Source: an uncultured Chlorobiaceae bacterium
GTDB lineage: Bacteria > Bacteroidota > Chlorobiia > Chlorobiales > Chlorobiaceae
Direction: 5' to 3'
Assembly: GCA_903942355.1 (NCBI GenBank)
Contig: CAJAOR010000058.1
Span: forward strand, 1-54,200
Length of the DNA: 54,200 nucleotides
Made by a program: the position numbers and the translations under genes. Within the stretch, counting starts at the first letter, position 1. Every line of letters begins with the position of its first letter. The notes beneath the pieces were generated by a model. It ran no database searches. It saw only the letters and a program-made list of their open reading frames with translations, and was not told where the DNA came from. Positions 40,942-50,667 of this stretch are shown in pieces.

Positions 40942-42126
40942 ATGAAAATTCTTTGTTTTATAGATTCTCTTGGTTCAGGTGGTGCACAACGTCAACTTGT
41001 AACACTGACAGTCAAGTTAATGAAGCGAGGGCATCAGATTCGTTTTCTTGTTTATCGTATCGATGATCATTTTCTTCCAATTCTTCAGGTTGCTGGTATA
41101 CCTGTTCAAGTTATTGCTCCTTGTTCTTATCTGCGCAGATTGTTTATTGTAAGAAAAGTACTGCGTCAGGGATGGCAAGACGTTGTGTTAGCTTTTTTAG
41201 GTGCTTCATCCCTTTATGCGGAACTTTCTAGTATACCCAGTAAAAAATGGGGTTTGGTTGTGGGCGAGCGTTCTGCCAATCCTTCAATAAGTAATGGGGG
41301 CGGGCGATGGAAACGACAATTCCATCGCATGGCAGATGCCGTTGTATGCAATTCCTACACCAATCAACTATTGCTGGAGGCTTCATTTCCTTTTCTTCAA
41401 AAAAAGTTGTGCACCGTGTACAATACAGTAGATTTAAAGCTTTTCAGGTTTTCTTCCGATAACGATAACACCAGGGTATACGGTAGTGCGAAATCATTCC
41501 GTATTGTTGTTGCGGCGACTTATAATGGAAATAAAAACATGGTAAATCTCGCCAAAGCGCTTCTCATCTTAAAAGAGGAACATATAACGCCATCAATTCT
41601 GGTGGATTGGTTTGGAGATTCGCACTCAGACCCCGCAGCGTTCAACCAAATTGAGCGGTTTGTTGCTGAAAACGGATTGGAAGGCTTTTTCAGGTTGCAC
41701 CATACAATTCAGGACATTGCCAGTGAATATTACCATGCTGACGCTATCGGCCTATTTTCGTTTTATGAAGGTCTTCCCAATGTGATATGTGAGGGGATGG
41801 TTTGTGGTAAACCCATTCTTCTCAGTAATGTTTGTGATGCCAGCAATCTGGTTGAGGATGGTAAAAACGGCTTTCTCTGTGATCCAGGTTCTCCTGAAGA
41901 TATTGCAGAGAAAATTCAGCGGTTAGTTACTTTGAGTGATTTGGAACGGCAAAAGATGGGATTGGAATCCAGAAGGATGGCTGAGCATTTATTTAATGAT
42001 GATAAGGTTATTGATCGATATGAGCAAATCCTCACATTTGCATCCCGCCATGAGTTACTTCCGATTAATTGCTGTTGGCCTACCGAGGCACCGGAATCAG
42101 CAGTAAAATCAGTCCTGCAATGGTAA
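40942..42126 (+). CDS. Glycosyltransferase family 4
   Basis: IDSLGSGGAQRQL and SFYEGLPNVICEGM..GKP. Confidence 0.9.
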   Translation: MKILCFIDSLGSGGAQRQLVTLTVKLMKRGHQIRFLVYRIDDHFLPILQVAGIPVQVIAPCSYLRRLFIVRKVLRQGWQDVVLAFLGASSLYAELSSIPSKKWGLVVGERSANPSISNGGGRWKRQFHRMADAVVCNSYTNQLLLEASFPFLQKKLCTVYNTVDLKLFRFSSDNDNTRVYGSAKSFRIVVAATYNGNKNMVNLAKALLILKEEHITPSILVDWFGDSHSDPAAFNQIERFVAENGLEGFFRLHHTIQDIASEYYHADAIGLFSFYEGLPNVICEGMVCGKPILLSNVCDASNLVEDGKNGFLCDPGSPEDIAEKIQRLVTLSDLERQKMGLESRRMAEHLFNDDKVIDRYEQILTFASRHELLPINCCWPTEAPESAVKSVLQW

Positions 42127-42384
42127 GGTTCAGGTCAATAACAGGAGAACTTCAATTTCTAAAGCGTAATTCTTTTTACTAGCACCAATGTGGTATGCTC
42201 TGCGGTAGTTGGAGAAGATACGATTTTGAAACTGCGACGCCCGCATTTGGCATTCTTTGCGTTCACTCTTGTGCGTTTTCTCTTCCCCTTCTTTAAGCCG
42301 GTTTCATGGTGGAGAACCCAAGGATATCTTCCCTGTATTTTTCGCCCATTAACGGCATCATGTGTGATTCAAAAGAAAAGATAA

Positions 42385-43443
42385 ATGGCGCTAAAACATA
42401 ATTCTGTTACGGTTTGCGGGCACTATGGCTATCAGACCAATCAAATTGACGGTCAAACAATAAAGACTAGGGTACTCAAAGATGCTTTTGTTGACTTTCT
42501 TGGAGAGGCAAATGTACAGGTGGTTGACAGTACCATGTTTTCCAGGCATCCCGTAAGATTTTTTTTCGAGGCAAGAAAAGGATTTAAGGAGTGCAGCCTG
42601 GTGGTCATGCTGCCCGGGGTTCGCGGGCTTCATATGTTTCTGCCGCTGTTTCTTTATTGGAAGCGAAAATGGAGTCGCCAGCTTCAATATGTGGTTATCG
42701 GGGGCTGGTTACCAGACCTTCTGCAGCGGAATCGCTGGCTACGTAATCAATGTGCTCAGCTTGATGGAATTTATGTTGAGATGAAGGCAATGGCGCAGGC
42801 TTTGTCAGGCCTTGGACTACTCAATGTCATTGTTATTCCAAATTACCGCAAGTTTGATTACGAGTCTAAAAATAATTTCACGCTGACCACGATTCCTATA
42901 AAACTCGTGGTGTATTCCCGGATTTTCCGCGAAAAAGGTATAGAAGATGCTATTGCGGCTCTAAAAAAAATTAACGAAATAAAAACGGCTCAGCCACGAG
43001 CCATTCTTGATATTTACGGCCCCATACAAGAGCTTTATCAAGTTGAATTTCAGAGGCTGTTGATTTATCCGCAATATATCAATTATCGAGGAGTACTTGC
43101 TCCTGAAAGTGCTTGTAATGTTTTGCAGCAATATGATGTATTATTATTCCCAACATACTACGAGGGGGAGGGTTTCCCTGGCACATTATTAGACGCTTAT
43201 ATTGCCGGTCTTCCGGTAATTGCCTCTGACTGGAAGTATAATAGCGAGGTTGTAGAAGAGGGCTCTACGGGTTTGCTTTTCAGGACCCATGCTGTGGAGG
43301 AGATCGTTGAGCATATTGAAACGTTCATCGCAAATCCTTCAAAAATAATGCCGATGCGTCTGCGCTGCATTGAAAAAGCACAACATTACCATGTAGAAGA
43401 TGTTGTTAAGATGTTGTTGAGCGGTTCAATAAAAACTAATTGA
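42385..43443 (+). CDS. Glycosyltransferase family 4
   Basis: SRIFREKGIEDA and PTYYEGEGFPGTLLDAYIAGLPVIASD. Confidence 0.88.
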   Translation: MALKHNSVTVCGHYGYQTNQIDGQTIKTRVLKDAFVDFLGEANVQVVDSTMFSRHPVRFFFEARKGFKECSLVVMLPGVRGLHMFLPLFLYWKRKWSRQLQYVVIGGWLPDLLQRNRWLRNQCAQLDGIYVEMKAMAQALSGLGLLNVIVIPNYRKFDYESKNNFTLTTIPIKLVVYSRIFREKGIEDAIAALKKINEIKTAQPRAILDIYGPIQELYQVEFQRLLIYPQYINYRGVLAPESACNVLQQYDVLLFPTYYEGEGFPGTLLDAYIAGLPVIASDWKYNSEVVEEGSTGLLFRTHAVEEIVEHIETFIANPSKIMPMRLRCIEKAQHYHVEDVVKMLLSGSIKTN

Positions 43444-43529
43444 GCCCCTTGCTGATCTGACGGTAATAAAGTATATATATTGCATTAATTTGTGATTATT
43501 TTAATTGCTAAAGGTAATTATATCAAGCA

Positions 43530-44759
43530 GTGAAAGTTCTTTATCTACATCAGTATTTCAACACTCCGGACATGTCTGGAGGAACGCGTTCTTATGAGAT
43601 GGCCAGACGTTTGGCTTCGCACGGTCATGAGGTACACATGATTACTTCGTGGCGTAAACCAACGGATAGAAAGGGCTGGTTTGAGCAGCAACTTGACGGA
43701 ATTCATGTTCATTGGCTTCCAGTGCCTTATTCAAGTCACATGAGTTTCAGAGAGCGGTTGCAAGCCTTTTCTCATTTTGCTTTACATGCGGGCAACCGGG
43801 CAATTTCTTTAGGTGGAGATGTGATCTTTGCGACGAGCACCCCACTGACTATTGCTATCCCTGGTGTACTGGCGAAATGGCGATTGCGGGTTCCTATGGT
43901 ATTTGAGGTGCGCGATCTCTGGCCGGAATTGCCTATTGCTATTGGTGAATTGCACAATCCATTTTTAAAAGCAGCAGCGCGTTTATTGGAAAAATATGCA
44001 TATCGCAACTCTGCGTGTATTGTTGCTCTCTCTGAAGGTATGGCAGATGGTATTGTTTCTTCCGGTTATCCACGAGAACAAGTTCATGTAATTCCAAACG
44101 GCTCGGACTTGGTATTATTCTGCCCTGTTAATGGGGCCGGTAAGGCATTTCGATCAAAAATTCCTAATGTTGAGGGTAAACCATTAATAACTTATGCTGG
44201 TGCGCTGGGTACCGTCAATGGTGTCGGTTACCTAACTGATATTGCTGCAGCAGCATTAAAGATTGCTCCAGAACTCAGGTTTGCCGTAGTAGGAAAAGGA
44301 AAAGAGTATAAGTTTATCCGTCAACGCGCAAAAGCCTTAGGGGTTTTAGGGCTCACTTTTTTTATGTTTCCATCAGTGCCGAAAAATGAGATGCCTTATG
44401 TATTGGCTGGATCGGATGTGGCTATATCGCTTTTTATAGATCTAGAGCCGATGTGGGCTAATTCAGCAAACAAGTTTTTTGATGCACTGGCGGCATGCAA
44501 ACCGGTCGCGATCAATTATGGCGGTTGGCAGGCAAAAGTGCTTGAGCAGAGTGGCGCAGGTATTCGGTTGCCAGCCAATGATCCGATGTTGGCAGCAAGA
44601 ATGCTTGCCGATTGGACGACGGCCCGAGCGAGTCTGCAAAAGGCTGGAATAGCTGCCCGACGACTTGCGGAAGAGTGTTATGATCGCGATAAGCTCTCTA
44701 CCAAGATGGAAACGGTGTTGCTTACGGCAATACAATCTGGAGGAGGAAAAACTCATTGA
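43530..44759 (+). CDS. Glycosyltransferase family 4 (WbuB-like)
   Basis: LHQYF..P..SGGTRSYEMA, ATSTPL, FEVRDLWPE and NSANKFFDALAA.KP. Confidence 0.88.
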   Translation: MKVLYLHQYFNTPDMSGGTRSYEMARRLASHGHEVHMITSWRKPTDRKGWFEQQLDGIHVHWLPVPYSSHMSFRERLQAFSHFALHAGNRAISLGGDVIFATSTPLTIAIPGVLAKWRLRVPMVFEVRDLWPELPIAIGELHNPFLKAAARLLEKYAYRNSACIVALSEGMADGIVSSGYPREQVHVIPNGSDLVLFCPVNGAGKAFRSKIPNVEGKPLITYAGALGTVNGVGYLTDIAAAALKIAPELRFAVVGKGKEYKFIRQRAKALGVLGLTFFMFPSVPKNEMPYVLAGSDVAISLFIDLEPMWANSANKFFDALAACKPVAINYGGWQAKVLEQSGAGIRLPANDPMLAARMLADWTTARASLQKAGIAARRLAEECYDRDKLSTKMETVLLTAIQSGGGKTH

Positions 44760-44863
44760 AAAGATTATTTGATCTTGTTTTCACCATTCCCGGTTTACTT
44801 TTGATTGCGCCTCTGTTACTTATTCTCGCTTTTTTGGTCAGAATCACTACTGGCCAACTATAA
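44756..44863 (+). pseudogene. 5' fragment of a priming sugar transferase
   Basis: TTG overlaps the GT stop; MKRLFDLVFTIPGLLLIAPLLLILAFLVRITTGQL* (KR.FD + TM) truncated before the IS cluster. Confidence 0.75.
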
Positions 44864-45027
44864 GTCAAATAAATTCAATCGGTTACAGATATAGGCCTCT
44901 GGAATTGCACCAAAAGAATTGGTAAATAATTTTAAAATATTAACTTATTCAAATACACTGACTCTCAAAATCTGTAGGAAAGTGTAGAGAGTTATATCAA
45001 AATTCATGCGATTTTTAACTAAAGCTA

Positions 45028-46104
45028 TAAGCGCTCATCAAAAAGTCATGACGTAATCCTTACCAAAACCGTCCAAGATTTTGCAGACATCTTCTTCAAG
45101 AGTTTTGACATTTCTCGTCTTGAATTCCATCAATTCATACTTCACCTTGTGCCAAAATTTTTCAATGCGATTGAGTTCTGGACTGTAAGGCGGCAGGAAA
45201 TAGAGTGACAGCCCCTTTTGAGCCAACACCTTCAACATCGGTTGAATCGCTTTCGCTTTGTGGAATGACGCATTATCCAGAATGACAGTCAACGGCTTGC
45301 CCACGTAGTTCATCAGCAGACCAAGAAAACCGGTAAAGAACAGTGAATTTGTTGTTTGCCATATCGCAACTGAGAACAAATCACCTGTTGAGAGCATGGC
45401 TCCGATGACATTCAGGCGTTTCCCCCTATTGGCGTCAATCTTATGGCATTTGCCTACAGGCGTCCAAGCACTGCGGTTTGGCTGGGCCAGTGCAAAACCA
45501 GTTTCATCAACAAAGGCTAAGGTGATTTCACCACGTACGGCTTGCTCTTTCAGCTCTTCTATTTCGAACTCTGATTGTCTAAACCTGACTTCATCGCGTT
45601 TTTTTTAAGCTATGACGTGTACGTTTCCAGATAGTGCCAAGTGATTTCAAAGCATTACGCACGGTACCTACGCTCACTTCTATATCGCACTCTTCCTTTA
45701 ACCGGGCCACTATCGCAGGGGCTGTCAGCGCTTCCTTTTCCGTCCAAATCTTGATGTGTTCACGGTGAATTGCGTTCAGTTTCGGAGGTGCGCCGCTTCG
45801 ATGAACATCGAACAAAAAGGCAAACCCTTTTGATAACCAGTTCTTACGACGGTCATAAACCGTATCGATATTCAGGCCTTGTAACGCCATAATATCATTT
45901 GCTCTCAACCCATCATCAAAATATAAAAGTGTTTGAGCCCGATGACGGGCTCGCCAATCACTCCCTTTTGCCACAACTTCTTGTAGCTTTGCACGATCAT
46001 CGGGAGCTAATTCCAAGTCACTCAACTTCATGATTTACAGGGGCTGGGGCTTCTGTTTCCTTTCTTGCCCTTATATTACGGAATAATTTTTTGTTCACCG
46101 CTTA
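45028..46104 (-). mobile_element. IS630-family element, apparently intact; OrfA 46031-45591 and OrfB 45598-45038 joined by an A8 frameshift
   Basis: Imperfect IRs TAAGCGGTGAACAA / TAAGCGCTCATCAA with terminal TA; HTH OrfA; DDE triad VDETG, LDNASFH and LPPYSPELNRIE. Confidence 0.9.
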
Positions 46105-46119
46105 AGCACGTACGGAATA

Positions 46120-46340
46120 TGTCAACAAAGATATCGCTTTGTTTGAAAAAAATTATCCAACTTTATCCGGGTTCAGAACGACTTCCCGGAGAATTTCCCA
46201 TTGCTTGACGGATCGAGTACCTCAACGTTCAGGATATCTTATCTGAGCCTGCCGCATCTTTAAGTTCCTCTGCTCAAAAATCGCTTCAGCCTGACCGGTG
46301 CGCATCTCTTCCGGCGTTACATATCCGATCGTAGAATGCA
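46120..46340 (-). mobile_element. IS3-family 3' end (OrfB C-terminus plus right IR)
   Basis: Minus strand reads LHSTIGYVTPEEMRTG..R...YPER*G..WE...VLNP, then ...GATATCTTTGTTGACA terminus. Confidence 0.75.
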
Positions 46341-46368
46341 GATGGTGCCTCAACCAAGGAGGCGAATC

Positions 46369-46831
46369 ATGGGATATTCAAGAGCTGTAAGATCAAGTGT
46401 GCTGAAAAAAGTCTTGCCACCTGATGCGCGAAGTATCGTTGAAATCAGCAGAGAAACCGCATTAATGATCAGACTATCCGGAATTGGATCAAGAAGAGTG
46501 AATCGTGTATCTTACCGGATGGTAGCCAGGAGAGCAGTCTGCGATTCATGACCCCGAAGGAGAAATACCAGTTAGTGCTTGAGGCCGCCGGCATTGATAA
46601 CGAACAACTTGGCTTATTTCTCAGAGAACGTAGCCTGCACTCAGAACACCTAACGATCTGGGATCAGGAGCTCTGAGAAATGAATGAGAAGAAAAATGAT
46701 AAAAGGGATCAAGAGCTTAAAGCCTTAAAGAAGAAAAACCAAGAGCTTGAGAAAGAGCTACAGCGTAAGGATAAGGCTTTGCCTGAAACACTAGCGTTGC
46801 TGCTTCTTAAAAAAAACTGGTCGTTCTTATG
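46369..46831 (+). pseudogene. IS3-family OrfA, degenerate
   Basis: AGGAGG RBS; MGYS..VLKKVLPP..I.DQTIRNW, EKYQLVLE..LGLFLRE..LHSEHL..W and ELQRKDKAL.E..ALLLLKK with an A8 slip site; one frameshift and one stop. Confidence 0.75.
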
Positions 46832-46877
46832 AAGTCCACAAACTAAATGCTCATATGTTGAGTGAAATGGGGATAAA

Positions 46878-47480
46878 GTGATTAAGCGTTTATTGGATAT
46901 CGTTGTTTCGGCTTTCGGTCTACTTTTGCTAGCTCCTATTATTAGCATCATTGCTTGGCAGGTTCATAGGAAGCTTGGTTCTCCAGTGTTTTTTCGACAG
47001 ACCCGACCTGGTATGTATGGCCAGTCCTTCGAGATGATAAAGTTCCGCACCATGCGCGATGCGTACGATGCCGATGGTAAGCCCTTGTCAGATTCTGAGC
47101 GCATGACTTCTTTTGGACGTTTTTTGCGTTCATCGAGTCTGGATGAATTGCCGGAATTCTGGAATGTACTGAAGGGGGATATGAGCTTGGTGGGCCCACG
47201 TCCGCTATTGATGGAATACCTGGATTACTATACAGAAGATGAGTTATTGCGGCATAGTGTTAGACCAGGAATTACTGGGCTGGCACAGGTAACGGGTCGT
47301 AATGCCATAAAATGGGATGAACGGCTTGGTTATGATGTTCAGTATGTCAAAACACGCACGTTTTTTATGGATCTAAAGATTTTTTTTAAAACCATCTATC
47401 AAGTATTTAAGCATGAAGGTGTCGTAGCTGTTCCCTCTGAGGTCTATCAAAAGCTCAGTGACGAAAGGAAAGAACAGTGA
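46878..47480 (+). CDS. Priming sugar-phosphate transferase (small PglC-type phosphoglycosyl transferase)
   Basis: KRLLDI + TM, FFRQTRPG, KFRTM, SLDELPE, GDMSLVGPRP and RPGITGLAQV. Confidence 0.92.
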   Translation: MIKRLLDIVVSAFGLLLLAPIISIIAWQVHRKLGSPVFFRQTRPGMYGQSFEMIKFRTMRDAYDADGKPLSDSERMTSFGRFLRSSSLDELPEFWNVLKGDMSLVGPRPLLMEYLDYYTEDELLRHSVRPGITGLAQVTGRNAIKWDERLGYDVQYVKTRTFFMDLKIFFKTIYQVFKHEGVVAVPSEVYQKLSDERKEQ

Positions 47481-48385
47481 TAAGTACACCAACACTTCCT
47501 TCTCCAATCCACCGCCTTGATCGTCTTTCCAATGCATGGTGCATTGATCTTTGGGCTAAGCGCGATGATCTTATCCCTCAATACCTCGGCGGAAATAAGG
47601 TTCGTAAAGTATTTGGCATTTTGCGATCTGCTTTTGCATCAGGGGATGTGCCTGACGTGCTCATAACTAATGGAGGTGCAGAATCTAATCATGCGAGGGT
47701 AGTCGCTTTGATGGGCGCACAGTTGGACTGCAAAGTTCATCTTGTCTTACATGGTCAAGAACCTTTCAGGAACAGTACATCAGGAAACTCTTTTTTTTAC
47801 CGTAGTGCTGGTGCAACAACACATTATGTTGATAGCCAGAATATTGGCACGACCATCCAAGCACTAGAACGTAGAGCCCGAGAGCAAAATTTGTCTGTGC
47901 TGGTGATCCCGGGAGGCGGGCACTCTGTTGATGGAGTCAAGGCATATGAGAAGGCTATAGATGAATTGACCTTTGAGCCGGACTGCATTGTGCACGCCTC
48001 GGGAACCGGAGCCACTCAGGCAGGTCTGCTGCAAGGTGTTGCTGGTAAAAATTGGCGTACTCGAGTTATCGGCATTTCTGTCGCTAGGACAGCGGAACGG
48101 GGTATCGATGAAATCGCTAAGTTGCTGGCGGCGGATTTCCCGAGAAAACTGATCGATTTTCGGGATGACTATCGGTTTGGTGGCTATGAGAAATTCGATG
48201 ATGTATTGATACGGTTTGTGAAAGACGTGATAAGAGAAGAGGGGATTCCACTTGACTTAACTTACACAGGAAAAGCAATGTACGCCTTGCGGCAACTTGT
48301 TTTTTCTGGTGAAATTGAGTCAGATAGCAAAATTGTTTTTTTGCATACGGGTGGTTTGTTGAATCTTACAGCTATTAATTCATAG
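47477..48385 (+). CDS. PLP-dependent D-cysteine desulfhydrase/ACC deaminase family enzyme
   Basis: KRDD..GGNKVRK PLP lysine, SNHAR, SGTGATQAGL, LD..YTGKA and FLHTGG; GTGA overlap with the upstream gene. Confidence 0.85.
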   Translation: MISTPTLPSPIHRLDRLSNAWCIDLWAKRDDLIPQYLGGNKVRKVFGILRSAFASGDVPDVLITNGGAESNHARVVALMGAQLDCKVHLVLHGQEPFRNSTSGNSFFYRSAGATTHYVDSQNIGTTIQALERRAREQNLSVLVIPGGGHSVDGVKAYEKAIDELTFEPDCIVHASGTGATQAGLLQGVAGKNWRTRVIGISVARTAERGIDEIAKLLAADFPRKLIDFRDDYRFGGYEKFDDVLIRFVKDVIREEGIPLDLTYTGKAMYALRQLVFSGEIESDSKIVFLHTGGLLNLTAINS

Positions 48386-48400
48386 GCATAAGGGGGGAGC

Positions 48401-48958
48401 ATGGCGGGTTTTAATCTGAAAGGAGAGAGAATCGAATTGGTATTGCTTGAAAGGGAACATTTAAATAAGCGAGTTGAATTTTTAAATGATCCAGAAGTTC
48501 AAAAAACGCTCAATTTCGACTATCCGACTTCTATAGCAAAAACAGAGGCTTGGTTTTCTAAAAATATACTTAACTCCAATCGTGTTGACTTTGCATTTGT
48601 GTTGAGTGCTACTTTGGATATTATTGGGTTTGGTGGATTCATAAATATAAACTATAGAGCTAAAAAAGCTGAACTATATATTTTTATTGGCGAGAAGGCT
48701 TGCTGGGGCCAAGGATTTGGGCGTGATGGTTATAAACTGTTAGTAAATTACGCATTTGGCGAATTAGGGCTTGACCGTATATATCTTTATCAGTTGGCAG
48801 AAAACTCTAGAGCCATAAAAGCAACAGAGTCTTTGGGCTGGTTTACTGAAGGCTTACTTAGGAACGATATTTGGTCACACGGTGAATTAAAAGACCAGTA
48901 TCTGTTGTCTTTTTTAAGATCTGAGTGGGTAAATAGCGATTTTTACAAAACCGTTTAG
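48401..48958 (+). CDS. GNAT N-acetyltransferase (RimL/PseH-like)
   Basis: KAELYIFIGEK..WGQGFG, AFGELGLDRIYL, N.RAIK..E.LG..EGLLR; AGGGGGGAG RBS. Confidence 0.85.
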   Translation: MAGFNLKGERIELVLLEREHLNKRVEFLNDPEVQKTLNFDYPTSIAKTEAWFSKNILNSNRVDFAFVLSATLDIIGFGGFININYRAKKAELYIFIGEKACWGQGFGRDGYKLLVNYAFGELGLDRIYLYQLAENSRAIKATESLGWFTEGLLRNDIWSHGELKDQYLLSFLRSEWVNSDFYKTV

Positions 48959-48986
48959 CCTAAGGGCATCACTATTTCTTGAATGA

Positions 48987-49244
48987 TAAGCGGTGAACAA
49001 GAAATCATTCCACAAAGCGAAAACAGTTCAACCGATGTTGGAGGTGCTGGCTCAGAAGGGGCTGAAGCTTTATTTCTCGACACCTTACAGCCCAGAACTC
49101 AATCGCATTGAAAAGTTTTGGCACAAGGTGAAGTATGATTGATGGAATTCAAAACGCAAAATTTCAAAACTATTGAAGACGATGTCTGCAAAATCATGGA
49201 CGGTTTTGGTACGGAATACGTAATGACTATTTGATGAGCGGTTA
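48987..49244 (+). mobile_element. Internally deleted IS630 derivative (MITE-like, 258 bp)
   Basis: Left IR TAAGCGGTGAACAAGAAATCATTCC joined directly to the transposase 3' end (ACAAAGCGAAA..CCAGAACTCAATCGCATTGAA..) and right end TTGATGAGCGGTTA. Confidence 0.85.
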
Positions 49245-49323
49245 TTTCTTTCAGGAATAAATCTCTAGGTTCATATTCCCCGCTTTCTGAGGAGTAAAGA
49301 TATTATAGAGTTGTCTTCAAAAT

Positions 49324-49345
49324 ACCCCGCTGCTTGCGACGGGGT
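49324..49345. repeat. GC-rich imperfect palindrome (REP- or IS200/IS605-end-like)
   Basis: ACCCCGCTGCTTGCGACGGGGT, with a degenerate partner TTCCCCGCTTTCTGAGGAG at about 49276. Confidence 0.4.
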
Positions 49346-49376
49346 TCTTTATTTAGTGATGCCCATACGTGGAGAG

Positions 49377-50396
49377 ATGAAAAAAACAATGTACAGAGTT
49401 TTGCTGACTTGCGCTGGACGACGCCACTATTTAGCTTCGTTTTTCAAAGAAGCACTAGTCTCGTCTGGACGGGTTGTTGGAACGGATATGGATTTATCGG
49501 CTCCTGCACTGCAAGCTTGCGATGTCGTTCACAAGGTTCCGGGGGTGTTTGCGGATAATTATCTGGATGCCCTGAAAGAAGTGATGATCAAAGAAAGAGT
49601 TGACATGGTTTTTTCTTTGAATGACCTTGAAGTGGGCTTGCTGGCCGAAAATCGGGAGATGCTTGAGCGGGAAACCGGTGCCACGGTTTATGTACCCTCG
49701 GTCGAGACCCTGAAGGTGTGTGAAGACAAGTGGCTCACCTACCAGTTTGCAATGGAAATCGGTATAGATACTCCATCTACCTATCTTTCTGTTAATGCGG
49801 CAACGTATGCTATTGATACCGGTGAGACTTGTTTTCCGTTAATCGTTAAACCGCGCTGGGGGAGTGCATCAATTGGACTTTTTATGGTCGATTCTATTGA
49901 TGCTCTGATTTCATGCTATGAGGCATGCCGTAAGGCTGTGGCCCATAGTATCCTCGTTTCCCTGGATACTGATTTTTGCGTAATTATTCAGGAGGTGATT
50001 CACGGACCAGAATACGGAGTTGATCTTCTATATGGTAAACGCGAGGATTTTATTGGCTTTGCAGCAAAAAAGAAAATGGCCATGCGTGCCGGTGAAACAG
50101 ATAAGGCAGTAACCGTCGATCCTGAACCCTTTCAAAAGATTGTTGAAAAAATATCTTTAGCATTGCCGCATCGCGGTAACCTCGATTGTGATTTTATGAA
50201 GCGGGATGGCAAGTTGTATTTACTAGAGCTTAATCCTAGATTCGGGGGGGGCTATCCTTTTACCCATCTGGCTGGAGCTAACCATGTTCAGATGCTACTT
50301 GATGATTATCAGGGGAATAATTTAACACCCTATGGTTATCAGGTCGGTAAGGCTTTTGCCAAGTGCGATACCTTAGTTGAAGTGCCTGTTGGTTGA
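49377..50396 (+). CDS. ATP-grasp ligase (carbamoyl-phosphate-synthase-like / PylC-like N-terminus)
   Basis: VLLTCAGRR, DKWLT, FPLIVKPRWGSASIG, IIQEVI.GPEY, MRAGETDK and LELNPRFGGGYP; start at 49377 or 49389. Confidence 0.85.
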   Translation: MKKTMYRVLLTCAGRRHYLASFFKEALVSSGRVVGTDMDLSAPALQACDVVHKVPGVFADNYLDALKEVMIKERVDMVFSLNDLEVGLLAENREMLERETGATVYVPSVETLKVCEDKWLTYQFAMEIGIDTPSTYLSVNAATYAIDTGETCFPLIVKPRWGSASIGLFMVDSIDALISCYEACRKAVAHSILVSLDTDFCVIIQEVIHGPEYGVDLLYGKREDFIGFAAKKKMAMRAGETDKAVTVDPEPFQKIVEKISLALPHRGNLDCDFMKRDGKLYLLELNPRFGGGYPFTHLAGANHVQMLLDDYQGNNLTPYGYQVGKAFAKCDTLVEVPVG

Positions 50397-50412
50397 ACAT
50401 TTCTCTCTATGG

Positions 50413-50667
50413 TAAGTGCTTTTAAAATAAAGGAGGAACACAGTCATTATAAAAATACCGTTTTAGGCCTGATGCTGATATCCCACCAACGAAGGTTTTG
50501 TGAGCGCAGCAGTCTTTTTTCCAGATTCTTTTTTTCTTTGCCACAGAGCTTGATACCCTTCTGGTATACCGTATCCACTGGTATTGCCCTTGCGGCTATC
50601 CCTCGCCAAGCAAATCTGCTGGAACGATTTATGACGGTTGCTACACTCTCAAGTAGATAACCATTCC
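50413..50667 (-). mobile_element. ISAzo13-family transposase C-terminal remnant
   Basis: WNGYLLESVATV....W.G......VYQKGIKL....LEKRL.RS..L.WWDISIRP. Confidence 0.7.

Noticed and set aside
42130-42384. Possible transposase remnant or small ORF between two GT4 genes
   Set aside because: Only a vague ECQMR..QNRI resemblance on the minus strand; not supportable without a BLASTX search
44864-45027. Possible additional IS end responsible for truncating the first sugar transferase
   Set aside because: No partner inverted repeat or coding similarity could be identified by eye
47477-48385. Call as ACC deaminase (acdS)
   Set aside because: Has YTGK/HTGG instead of the diagnostic YEGK/HLGG residues
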